A DNA stretch of 64,000 nt from Elusimicrobiota bacterium (GCA_043811535.1 JBDRNC010000020.1:8483-72482); one strand, 5' to 3'. Shown: positions 45,766-54,277, numbered from the stretch's first letter. Made by a program: numbers and translations. Notes: a model not told the origin generated them from the sequence alone.

Positions 45766-46512
45766 ATGAAGAAAGTATTGTTGTTAGTAATCGCAGTTTC
45801 ACTGGCGGCCGCAATGTCATCATTCGCCGCAAGCTCAATCAGCAGGAGCACTTTTACGGCTTCGGTTGATTTCAGCACGTTTCAGGGAGTTACATACATC
45901 AATGTAGCGCTAAAGAACATTTACAGCGGGGCGAACGCGTCGCAATTCTCGTTTACTCCGAGTGCCGGGGCGCTAGGCATCGGAACGACGTGGTACACGG
46001 CGAACGAATATGCCGTCATATTCACGACATGGACCAAGGATAACGTCGGGCGCGTGCTTATTTATACGGATAATACCGCCGCAGACGCAAATCCAAAATA
46101 CGCTGGCGCGGGCAATGCCGCGGGTTTGGTCTGTTCCACATCGACCGTCTCCGGAGACGATCCGATCAATCTGTGCTGGCGCGCTACCGATGTATCAACC
46201 ACAACGTACAAGATCGGGTGGTATCTGCAGGGAACAGCCATGAAGCTGTACGGCCTGGGCCTTTCACAGGACTACTATTGTTTTCTTTGGATGAAGGATA
46301 AAGGATCGGATGGAAATTGGTATAATGTAGACAACGGCTACGCTTCAATAAAGTCGTTTGACAACAGCGGCTCATGGCTGCAGCATGCGGAGAGCCAGCT
46401 GGGAACAACGGCTTCGCCGGATTACTTTTATCTCGGCGCGAACCTGGAAAAAGCCAAAGCCGGCAGGACGTACAAGACTTCCACGCTCAGGTTTGACCTT
46501 GTAATGGATTAA
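45766..46512 (+). CDS. secreted protein of unknown family (shares a ~200-aa domain with the 47720 ORF)
   Basis: AGGAGG-N6-ATG and signal peptide MKKVLLLVIAVSLAAAMSSFA. Shared blocks are IYTDN..ANP[KR]Y[AT]G...GLVCST and Y.Y.GAN.E....GR.Y. Confidence 0.7.
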   Translation: MKKVLLLVIAVSLAAAMSSFAASSISRSTFTASVDFSTFQGVTYINVALKNIYSGANASQFSFTPSAGALGIGTTWYTANEYAVIFTTWTKDNVGRVLIYTDNTAADANPKYAGAGNAAGLVCSTSTVSGDDPINLCWRATDVSTTTYKIGWYLQGTAMKLYGLGLSQDYYCFLWMKDKGSDGNWYNVDNGYASIKSFDNSGSWLQHAESQLGTTASPDYFYLGANLEKAKAGRTYKTSTLRFDLVMD

Positions 46513-46537
46513 GAAAACCCGGCGCAGAGGAAAAAGA

Positions 46538-47299
46538 ATGTTTTGCAGAAAACTGTTAATCATGTTTTTAACGGCTATTGTCCCGGTTGCTCCACTGAGG
46601 GCCATCGGCGTAGATCCTACGCGATATATCTTTAAGGCCGAACACGGCAAAGAGTGTAACGGCAAATTCCTTGTGACGAACGACCACGACTGTGAAATGC
46701 AGGTTGATATCGAGATCAGCCGCGGCATAGAATCCGGGGAGAACAAGGATTTGCTTAAAGATACGGGATGGCTGAATATTAAGGAAAAGTCATTCGTCCT
46801 GCAGCCGAAGGAAGGCAGGACGGTCAACTTTTCCGTTAATGTCCCCGATGGAACAGCCGGGACATTTTCTGCAAAGATATCTTTCATTGACAGGTCAAAC
46901 GAAGCTTTCAGTTCTTCAGTCACGATACCTGTTTACGTGGTGATAAAAGGCACGGAGAGGGTTGAGTGGGACATGGATTCGTTTGAGATAAACGAAACGC
47001 CCGCAGGTCTGTCAGGCGGGCTGAGGCTGAAAAACAAAGGCAACGTTCATTTTTATGCGAACGGCACCATAATCATATGTGACCGCGGCGGAAATGAGTG
47101 TTACCGTTCAAGTGTCGGAGGCGGGAGGGCGGTATTTCCATCGACCGTCACGTTGCTTCCTCTGGATGTGTCAAAACTCAGCCTCAAGAACGGCAGGTAT
47201 GACGCGGAAATAGAGATCAAAGGCTACGGCGAACAACCCAGAAGCTTCAAATATAACCTTGAGAAAAAGGGAAGCAAATACATCATAAGGAGGCTGTAG
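46538..47299 (+). CDS. secreted two-domain beta-sandwich-like protein (function unknown; chaperone-like is only a guess)
   Basis: Signal peptide and alternating beta-strand pattern (FLVTNDHDCEMQVDIEI...TVNFSVNVP...TIPVYVVI). Confidence 0.4.
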   Translation: MFCRKLLIMFLTAIVPVAPLRAIGVDPTRYIFKAEHGKECNGKFLVTNDHDCEMQVDIEISRGIESGENKDLLKDTGWLNIKEKSFVLQPKEGRTVNFSVNVPDGTAGTFSAKISFIDRSNEAFSSSVTIPVYVVIKGTERVEWDMDSFEINETPAGLSGGLRLKNKGNVHFYANGTIIICDRGGNECYRSSVGGGRAVFPSTVTLLPLDVSKLSLKNGRYDAEIEIKGYGEQPRSFKYNLEKKGSKYIIRRL

Positions 47300-47301
47300 C
47301 C

Positions 47302-47760
47302 ATGCTTAGATCTATATGCGCCGCGCTTGCGTGCCTGTTGTTTGTTCCGTCAATATTCGGATTCAATCTTGATCCTCTTTCTGCCGATTTAAAACTCAAG
47401 AAGGGCGAAAAACACGAGCTTTTGTTCAGGATAAAGAACATTTACAAGGAGCCTATCATAATCGAGGTTTCAGCGATAGATAAGGCCGCCGTACATGAAA
47501 ATACCGAGGAACAGGCGCAAAAACCGATTTGGATAACCAAAATAAGACCGGAAAGACTAAGGCTGGACAAGGATAAATACACGTACCTGACCGCGATTAT
47601 CATGGTACCGCAGGATTCCGGAGATTCGCTTTCGGCCGAGATCATTTTTAAGGTTTCGGGATCGAAGAAAAAATCAAAGGTTGACAAAACGGTTGCTGTG
47701 CCTGTTAGCGTAACGATAAATGCTGACAAAAAGGCCGGCAAAACAAATACTGAAAAATAG
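47302..47760 (+). CDS. small secreted beta-sandwich-like protein resembling the N-domain of the 46538 product
   Basis: AGGAGG RBS and signal peptide. HELLFRIKNIYKEPIIIEVSA...AVPVSVTI parallels the 46538 N-domain pattern. Confidence 0.4.
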   Translation: MLRSICAALACLLFVPSIFGFNLDPLSADLKLKKGEKHELLFRIKNIYKEPIIIEVSAIDKAAVHENTEEQAQKPIWITKIRPERLRLDKDKYTYLTAIIMVPQDSGDSLSAEIIFKVSGSKKKSKVDKTVAVPVSVTINADKKAGKTNTEK

Positions 47761-48925
47761 ATATCTCACTGCAGGCGCCGCGTTGCTTCTGGTGTTTCTG
47801 CTGGTTTGCGGTGCGCGTTGCTGGGCCAGGGGCGTTTATCCGGTCTATTCCGATGCCGGAATGCCCGGCGATAATCTCTACACATGGGGTGACTGGTCCA
47901 AAGGCGCTCTGCTGGAAGAATCAACCGAATGCCCGGGAGGAAATGCGGAGGGTTTTCTCTGCATGAAGACATCCTGTCCTGCGGGAGCTAGCTATTGCGG
48001 CTACGGCATTTTCTTTAACAGTCCCGGAATAGATTTAAGCGCGTATCTGAACGGAAGCCTGAGGTTCTGGGTATACTCGACAACAGGCGACGCCAAGATA
48101 GAGATAGAGGACTGGGACGGGGATAATTCCGTTGTCTGGCTGCGAAGCTGCGGCTGGAACGAGATTAGCAGCAAGAATGTCTGGACACTGGTCAGCATAC
48201 CTATAAGTTCGTTTACCGCCGTAAATCCTAATCTTTCCCTTTCTAAGATAAAATATCCTTTCAAATTCACGCTTGACCATCAGGGCAATTACGCATATAC
48301 CGACCTGGTCAGGTGGGTTGAAAACCTTGCTACTAACACAGTTTACGCGTCCCTGCAAAAAACCGGCAGCACCTCTAATGTTTCGGTTTCGTCAATCACC
48401 TGGAATCCGGTTTATCCTTCAACATGGAATGTCGCCGATACATATATAAAGGTTGAATACGACCCGGGCACGATAAACTGGGGCATCAGAATCTACACGG
48501 ATAACAAAGACGCGGGCGCGAATCCCCGCTATACGGGACCTTTGGATGACGCGTCAGGGCTTGTGTGTTCCACAGGCGCTTTCAGCGCGGATACCCCCTT
48601 AAAAATGTCGTGGGCAGTGGAAGATTCAACGCATTCCGAGGCCGAACTGGGTTTCGGGACGCCGGACGACTGGGTGGCGGGCGGTTTCGCCTATAAATGG
48701 CTTATAGATAAAAGCCTGGGGAATCTGGACGGCGACAATCTCGGGTACGCGTCTTTGTGGACGAATGAAGGCCTGCTTTACGGAACATGGGACAGCGGGA
48801 CGCCGTCAACACGGGCGTGGAAAAACTCTCCGAATTACATTTACTTCGGGGCGAATTTTGAAACGGTCAGGCCGGGCAGAAGATACGGGACAAACCGGCT
48901 GATAGTTGAGCTGTATTATGAATAA
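47720..48925 (+). CDS. secreted protein: CBM-like N-domain + the novel domain shared with 45766
   Basis: The N-terminal half has the CBM-like pattern (LRFWVYS...W.LVSIPISSF). The C-terminal half aligns to the 45766 product. The start is uncertain (41-nt overlap with the upstream ORF). Confidence 0.55.
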   Translation: MLTKRPAKQILKNRYLTAGAALLLVFLLVCGARCWARGVYPVYSDAGMPGDNLYTWGDWSKGALLEESTECPGGNAEGFLCMKTSCPAGASYCGYGIFFNSPGIDLSAYLNGSLRFWVYSTTGDAKIEIEDWDGDNSVVWLRSCGWNEISSKNVWTLVSIPISSFTAVNPNLSLSKIKYPFKFTLDHQGNYAYTDLVRWVENLATNTVYASLQKTGSTSNVSVSSITWNPVYPSTWNVADTYIKVEYDPGTINWGIRIYTDNKDAGANPRYTGPLDDASGLVCSTGAFSADTPLKMSWAVEDSTHSEAELGFGTPDDWVAGGFAYKWLIDKSLGNLDGDNLGYASLWTNEGLLYGTWDSGTPSTRAWKNSPNYIYFGANFETVRPGRRYGTNRLIVELYYE

Positions 48926-50084
48926 AATATTTAAAACGGCATTGATCCTGGTTTTCCTGGCGGCCGGTGCGGAACGTTCCTCGGCCAGCACGCCGGGCGG
49001 CGCCGTACAGAGAATCGACGTGTTTACATTTTCCGCCGCATTGTATCTTGCGGATACACAACTGCCCCGGATAATCCACACGGGGCTCGAAAGGATATCG
49101 TCGGTTACAAAATATGCCGTAATTAAGGGGACGGCTGCGGATAATATAGGACTTAAGAGCCTGTCAATTGCTTATTATTCTTCAGGCGATACCGCGTTTT
49201 CAACCGCTACAATAGCGCTAAACGGCGAAACACAGTATTGCTTCAATCAGGCCATGACTCTGGGTTCTGCTAAGAATTCAGATTTCTTTTACAAAATAAC
49301 GGCTGAGGATGTGAATAACGGCATAACCATCTGGCCCGAATCCGGGGAATTCAATTGCGTGAAGATAACTCCTGGCAGAAGCAAGAAGTTCGACGTGAAC
49401 GGAGGCAAACTCATTCTTCCGGACGGGAATCCCGACGACGGCGAGACCTCGATCGAACTGCCCGACGGGGCGCTTGACGCGCCGGCGGACATCTCTATAA
49501 GCGAGATTGATCCTGACGACGAAAGTGTCCCGCGCGGCAATGCCCCGGCTATAAGCCACAGGCCGCTCGCAGTTTACAGATTTGAGCCATCCGGGCTTTT
49601 TTTCAAGAAAACCGTAAAAATTAATCTGCTTTTCAGGGATTTTAACAAGGACGGAGTAGTTGACGGGACTTTATACGGCGTTAACGACATGAAAATAATG
49701 TGGTGGGACGGTTTTGAATGGCGGCTGCTGGCGTCATCGGTTGACAAAGATATGAATCTGGTCTCGTCGCGTATCAAGCACTTCAGTTATTACGCGGTAT
49801 TCCCGGTGCCGGCGCTGACAGATGATGATTACAGGCCAAAGGAAAAAATCATAACACCGGCAAGCATTGACGGGTACAATGATTACGCCACATTCGGCGC
49901 GGTAGGTCCTGATGAGATGATAAACGTGTTTGATGTTACCGGACAGAGAATCAGGGAAATCAGAGGGGACATAACTTGGGATGGCAAAGACGACAGGAAC
50001 GAACTTGTTGAAAGCGGCATATATATATATCAGATAAAACTAAAGGACAAGATAATCAGCGGGACGATAGTTGTGGCAAAATAA
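48918..50084 (+). CDS. secreted protein with FlgD-Ig/T9SS-type C-terminal domain
   Basis: Signal peptide MNKIFKTALILVFLAAGA. C-terminus INVFDVTGQRIREI...WDGKDDRNELVESGIYIYQIK...TIVVAK. Confidence 0.55.
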   Translation: MNKIFKTALILVFLAAGAERSSASTPGGAVQRIDVFTFSAALYLADTQLPRIIHTGLERISSVTKYAVIKGTAADNIGLKSLSIAYYSSGDTAFSTATIALNGETQYCFNQAMTLGSAKNSDFFYKITAEDVNNGITIWPESGEFNCVKITPGRSKKFDVNGGKLILPDGNPDDGETSIELPDGALDAPADISISEIDPDDESVPRGNAPAISHRPLAVYRFEPSGLFFKKTVKINLLFRDFNKDGVVDGTLYGVNDMKIMWWDGFEWRLLASSVDKDMNLVSSRIKHFSYYAVFPVPALTDDDYRPKEKIITPASIDGYNDYATFGAVGPDEMINVFDVTGQRIREIRGDITWDGKDDRNELVESGIYIYQIKLKDKIISGTIVVAK

Positions 50085-50128
50085 GGGCAGACAGAAGACG
50101 GAAGAATGAAGATTGAAGCGGACTACAT

Positions 50129-51100
50129 ATGAAGAATACATTATTGGGAGTTAACATTTTGAAGATAATTAGGATGATGATTGTGTTTATACTTCCATCT
50201 TCCATCTTCCTTCTTCCATCTGTTATTGAAGGAGCATTCAAGGATTCCGGTTGGGGTGCGCGTCCTCTAGGAATGGGCGGAGCGTTTACCGCGGTGGCGG
50301 ACGATTCGAATGCGCCGCTTTTTAATCCGGCGGGAATTAGCCTGGCGGGCCGGATTGAAGTGACCTTCATGTCGGCAAAACTGTTTGCGGGACTGGAAGG
50401 CGTGGAAGTAGGGCAGAACTTTTTCAGCTGCATATATCCGCTGGGCGGAAAAAGGGGCGACATGGCGTTGAGCTGGTCATCTTTAAACTCCCCGGCTCTG
50501 TACCGCGAGGATTCGCTGGCTCTTTCGTACAGCCGTTACCTGCAAAAAGCCGATAATATCAACTTTTCGTTAGGCGCCAATTTCAAATATCTTAACCATG
50601 AATATACTCTTGACAAGAGAACGCTCAATGATCCAGTCTTCCGGAGTAAGAACGCTGCCGGAAATTTCGGGCTGGATCTAGGAGTCCTGGCCGTATGGCC
50701 GGAAAACGGGTTTTCAATGGGCGTCATGAGTAAGAATATCAATCAGCCGGATATCGGTATAAAGACTGAGGACCTAGTTCCAAACGAAAACGCGCTGGGA
50801 TTTTCTTTCTATCAGGAGAAAATGCGGAATCCGAGTCTCGAATATTTTACGTTCGCGATTGATCTGGTAAGCAGATTGAAGGATCTGGATGTTAGGGCGG
50901 GTGCCGAAAGCTGGTTCTTTAACGGAAGTTTCGCCGTTAGACTCGGTTATGCGACGCATTCCGTCACTTCGGGGCTGGGATATGAATTCAAAGCCGGCGG
51001 GAATACAAGTTTTGTTATTGACTACGCGTTCGCTTGGCCGCTTGAAATAGAAAAGACCGTGGGCACTCACCGCATGGGGCTTACTCTCCGGTTACCGTAA
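50129..51100 (+). CDS. PorV/PorQ-like outer-membrane beta-barrel protein
   Basis: WGARPLGMGGAFTAVADDSNAPLFNPAGI motif. The signal peptide is encoded by a CTTCCAT heptad array (50192-50222). Confidence 0.6.
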   Translation: MKNTLLGVNILKIIRMMIVFILPSSIFLLPSVIEGAFKDSGWGARPLGMGGAFTAVADDSNAPLFNPAGISLAGRIEVTFMSAKLFAGLEGVEVGQNFFSCIYPLGGKRGDMALSWSSLNSPALYREDSLALSYSRYLQKADNINFSLGANFKYLNHEYTLDKRTLNDPVFRSKNAAGNFGLDLGVLAVWPENGFSMGVMSKNINQPDIGIKTEDLVPNENALGFSFYQEKMRNPSLEYFTFAIDLVSRLKDLDVRAGAESWFFNGSFAVRLGYATHSVTSGLGYEFKAGGNTSFVIDYAFAWPLEIEKTVGTHRMGLTLRLP

Positions 51101-51106
51101 AAAATA

Positions 51107-51135
51107 TTGACAAAAAACCAAATATCTGGTAAAAT
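51107..51135 (+). promoter_or_regulatory. near-consensus promoter TTGACA-17-TAAAAT
   Basis: Read directly, about 170 nt upstream of tRNA-Asp. Confidence 0.55.
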
Positions 51136-51307
51136 ACCGCGACAATTGAAAGTGTAAAGACTATTGCAGTTCACTTATCAGTAAACTGTCAACCGTCAAC
51201 TGTCAACTGTGAACCGTCGAAAAATCTTTGAAATTTGATAGTTGAAAGTAGACCGTCCGCCACTGAGACTTTGGCGGACTCCAGATTTTTACGCAGTAAA
51301 AATCTTT

Positions 51308-51383
51308 GGGGATGTGGTGTAGCCTGGTTTAACACGCTGCCCTGTCAAGGCAGAGACCGCGAGTTCAAATCTCGTCATCCCCG
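51308..51383 (+). tRNA. tRNA-Asp (anticodon GUC)
   Basis: Hand-folded: acceptor GGGGATG/CATCCCC, anticodon arm CTGCC-CTGTCAA-GGCAG, T-arm GCGAG-TTCAAAT-CTCGT. Confidence 0.9.
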
Positions 51384-51475
51384 TTCACTTTTTGCTATGC
51401 AAAAAGTGAACGAAGTCCCGATTTATCGGGACGATCAAATTTCGGCAATATAAATACTCCTTCCGCAATATCCTC

Positions 51476-52258
51476 ATGACCTTCAATAAATACACAAAAA
51501 CTGCCATAAGAGCCGCTAAAAAAGCCGGTGAAGTCCTTCTTAAATATTATAAAACCAACCTAAAAGTTGATTACAAGGGCATAATCAATCCTGTTACGGA
51601 AGCAGACCGTTCCTCCCAGCGCGCTATCATTGAATTGATAAGAAAAGAATTTCCCGGCCACACGTTCGTGGGTGAGGAAGATGAGAAAAAACACGTCTGT
51701 GATGAATACTGCTGGATCATAGACCCGCTGGACGGGACGGTCAACTTTATACATCATATTCCACTATTCTCCATATCTATAGGATTAAGCCATAACGGAA
51801 AGATAATCGCGGGGGTCGTTTACGCGCCGTTTTTAGGAGAGATGTATGTAGCTGAAAAGGGCAAAGGAGCATTTGTAAACGGAAAGAGAATAAAGGTTTC
51901 AAATATAAACAGGATGGTAAGATCGGTAGTCATTACCGGTTTTTCGTACGATATACATAAAGACACCGAAAACGTTCTTAAAAGACTCGGCAGGATACTC
52001 AAGTCAGTCGAAGGAGTACGCAGGCTTGGTTCGGCCGCGATAGACCTGGCTTACGTGGCATGCGGGCGCGCTGAAGCGTTCTGGGAAGAAGGATTGTGTC
52101 CCTGGGACGTCGCGGCCGGTTCGCTGCTTGTGGAGGAGGCCGGAGGTAAAGTCACTGATTTCGACAACGGGGATAACTATATATACGGAAGGAGCCTTGT
52201 TGCTACAAACGGGATTGTGCACAAGCATGTAATCGGGCTCCTTAAAAAAGGAGAGTAA
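51476..52258 (+). CDS. suhB: inositol monophosphatase family protein
   Basis: EEDE...IDPLDGT...WD motifs, 260 aa. Confidence 0.85.
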   Translation: MTFNKYTKTAIRAAKKAGEVLLKYYKTNLKVDYKGIINPVTEADRSSQRAIIELIRKEFPGHTFVGEEDEKKHVCDEYCWIIDPLDGTVNFIHHIPLFSISIGLSHNGKIIAGVVYAPFLGEMYVAEKGKGAFVNGKRIKVSNINRMVRSVVITGFSYDIHKDTENVLKRLGRILKSVEGVRRLGSAAIDLAYVACGRAEAFWEEGLCPWDVAAGSLLVEEAGGKVTDFDNGDNYIYGRSLVATNGIVHKHVIGLLKKGE

Positions 52259-52259
52259 A

Positions 52260-52445
52260 ATGAGGGTAAGCGTTAACAAGGACACATGCATCGGCTGCGG
52301 GCTTTGCGAATCAAATTGCCCGGATGTGTTTGAGATGAAAGATAACATCGCAGTCATCAAATCAGAAACAGTGGCGGCCAAAGACGAGGAATGCGCAAAG
52401 CAGATGGTCAACGATTGCCCGGTAACGTGCATATCAGTTTCATGA
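52260..52445 (+). CDS. small ferredoxin (single [3Fe/4Fe-4S] cluster type)
   Basis: 61 aa with CIGCGLCESNCP...C..CP. Confidence 0.8.
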   Translation: MRVSVNKDTCIGCGLCESNCPDVFEMKDNIAVIKSETVAAKDEECAKQMVNDCPVTCISVS

Positions 52446-53077
52446 ATTCAGCATTCCGTGCCGGAGAAGTTATAACGCGACTCAGGAAGGAATACGCCGG
52501 CTCGCGCATAGCGCTGAATTATACAACCCCGATGCAGTTGCTAGCGGCAGTTATAATGTCGGCTCAGTGTACCGATGAAAGAGTGAACATCGTTACCGCG
52601 CAGCTATTTAAGAAATACAAGGCTGTTCAGGACTTTGCCGCGGCAGATTTGAAAGTGTTTGAGCGAGAGATACATTCAACCGGGTTTTATAGGGCAAAAG
52701 CGAAGAATATTATAAATTCGGCGAAGATGATCATTGAAAAATACGGCGGGAAGATACCCGATAGAATGGAGGAAATACTCAACCTGCCGGGTGTGGCGAG
52801 GAAAACAGCTAATATAGTGCTGGGCAACGCATACGGAGTCGTTGAAGGTATAGCTGTTGACACGCATGTAAGGCGCATTTCTCAGCGGTTAGCGCTATCC
52901 GGAAACGATGATCCCGTCAAGATTGAACAGGACCTTATGAAGATAGTGCCAAAGAAGGAATGGTTTAATTTTTCATATCTTTTGCAAAGTCTCGGAAGGG
53001 ACACGTGTATTGCGCGCAATCCCGACCATGCGGCATGTGTTTTGAGGGATATCTGTCCGTCAGCTAAAGTGTCTTGA
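52442..53077 (+). CDS. nth: endonuclease III
   Basis: HhH-GPD (LPGVARKTANIVL) and the C-terminal 4Fe-4S Cys cluster. ATGA overlap with the ferredoxin stop. Confidence 0.9.
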   Translation: MNSAFRAGEVITRLRKEYAGSRIALNYTTPMQLLAAVIMSAQCTDERVNIVTAQLFKKYKAVQDFAAADLKVFEREIHSTGFYRAKAKNIINSAKMIIEKYGGKIPDRMEEILNLPGVARKTANIVLGNAYGVVEGIAVDTHVRRISQRLALSGNDDPVKIEQDLMKIVPKKEWFNFSYLLQSLGRDTCIARNPDHAACVLRDICPSAKVS

Positions 53078-53143
53078 CTTGGACGTTTTGGTTTTGTAAT
53101 TTCCTTGAACTTTGAATGTTGAACCTGAAACTGTCTTCAAAAG

Positions 53144-53172
53144 TTGACATAAACTGCTTGTTTTGTTAGAAT
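53144..53172 (+). promoter_or_regulatory. promoter TTGACA-17-TAGAAT only 11 nt before the start codon
   Basis: Read directly. It implies a leader of about 5 nt or less for the receiver gene. Confidence 0.5.
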
Positions 53173-53183
53173 AATTTAATATT

Positions 53184-53582
53184 ATGAATAAAACAAGGGT
53201 GCTTGCGGTTGACGACGACCAGACAGTTTTGGACATTATTAAGCAAGGACTTGAAACACTGGATTATGAAGTGGATACGGCCGAGAGCGAGGCGGATGTC
53301 TGGATATCCCTTCACCGGACACGCCCCGATATAATATTGATGGATGTCAGCATGCCCGGGCTGGACGGCATAAGTCTTTGCAAAAATATCAGGACATCTC
53401 CGGGAATGAGCGATATACCTATTATTATGCTGACAGCTTTTTCCGATGAGAAGACTTTTCACGACGCGATGCTATTTGGGGCGACCGACTTTCTTATGAA
53501 ACCGTTTGAAATATCCGAAGTTCAGAAAAAAATTGAAGACTGCCTGTCCAAGACGTCTTCACAAAAAGGAACCGGCAAATGA
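53184..53582 (+). CDS. stand-alone response-regulator receiver (CheY-like)
   Basis: VLAVDDD...ILMDVSMPGLDG...LTA...K pattern, 132 aa, no output domain. Confidence 0.85.
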   Translation: MNKTRVLAVDDDQTVLDIIKQGLETLDYEVDTAESEADVWISLHRTRPDIILMDVSMPGLDGISLCKNIRTSPGMSDIPIIMLTAFSDEKTFHDAMLFGATDFLMKPFEISEVQKKIEDCLSKTSSQKGTGK

Positions 53583-53875
53583 ACACAGTATTAATGACAT
53601 GCGTAGTAACGCTAACGGTTGCGATCGTAGTCGCTGTCGTGTTTTTTGTAAAGACGATGATACAGGTCAGGCGCACGGCAGGCGAGGCGGAGACGCTTCT
53701 CAAAACCTTCAATTATGAAGCCGACAGGGTGAAAAGTTTCACGGAAAATGTTACGGGTTTCGTAGAAAACGCCATAAACTCCCCTTGGCTAAGGTTCGGC
53801 TCGGTTGCGAGCACGATCGTTTCCGGAATTGTCGGCGGACTGAGAAAAGGAAAGGCGAAAGCTTCAGCAGAATAA
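53579..53875 (+). CDS. DUF948-like membrane protein
   Basis: N-terminal TM helix followed by a coiled region. ATGA overlap with the upstream gene. Confidence 0.5.
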   Translation: MNTVLMTCVVTLTVAIVVAVVFFVKTMIQVRRTAGEAETLLKTFNYEADRVKSFTENVTGFVENAINSPWLRFGSVASTIVSGIVGGLRKGKAKASAE

Positions 53876-53906
53876 TCCGGCTTTTACAGCCGTATAAGGA
53901 GGAACT

Positions 53907-54191
53907 ATGTCAGAGAATAATTCAGGAGAAGTGATACTTGCGTTTTTGCTAGGCGGAATTATCGGGGCAGCGGCGGGAATTCTTTACGCTCCAAAGACAG
54001 GGAAGGAAACCCGCGAAAAACTAAGGGATCTGGCAGGTGATCTTGGCGGAAAGATAGAGCATTTCGGCGAAGAGATGAAATCTAAGGCGGAAGGCATTGT
54101 TTCGGAAGGCAAAGAGAAAGTGGTAGCCCAGAAGCAGCGTATTGAATCGGCTTTTGAGGCAGGCAAAAAAGCTTACGAAAATAAAGCCTGA
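53907..54191 (+). CDS. YtxH-like protein
   Basis: GGIIGAAAGILYAPKTGKETREKL is the characteristic YtxH N-terminus. Confidence 0.7.
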   Translation: MSENNSGEVILAFLLGGIIGAAAGILYAPKTGKETREKLRDLAGDLGGKIEHFGEEMKSKAEGIVSEGKEKVVAQKQRIESAFEAGKKAYENKA

Positions 54192-54204
54192 ATACATATA
54201 GTGT

Positions 54205-54277
54205 GCTGGGGTAGCTCAGTCGGTAGAGCACAGGTCTGAAAAACCTGGTGTCGACAGTTCGATTCTGTCCCCCAGCA
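54205..54277 (+). tRNA. tRNA-Phe (anticodon GAA)
   Basis: Hand-folded: acceptor GCTGGGG/CCCCAGC, anticodon arm CAGGT-CTGAAAA-ACCTG, T-arm GACAG-TTCGATT-CTGTC. Confidence 0.9.

Noticed and set aside
50091-50222. A hairpin formed by the GGAAGAN array (50091-50120) and the CTTCCAT array (50192-50222) that would sequester the start codon at 50129.
   Set aside because: By hand alignment the complementarity is only about 55-60%, too weak to claim a defined stem. I noted only that complementary word arrays flank the start codon.
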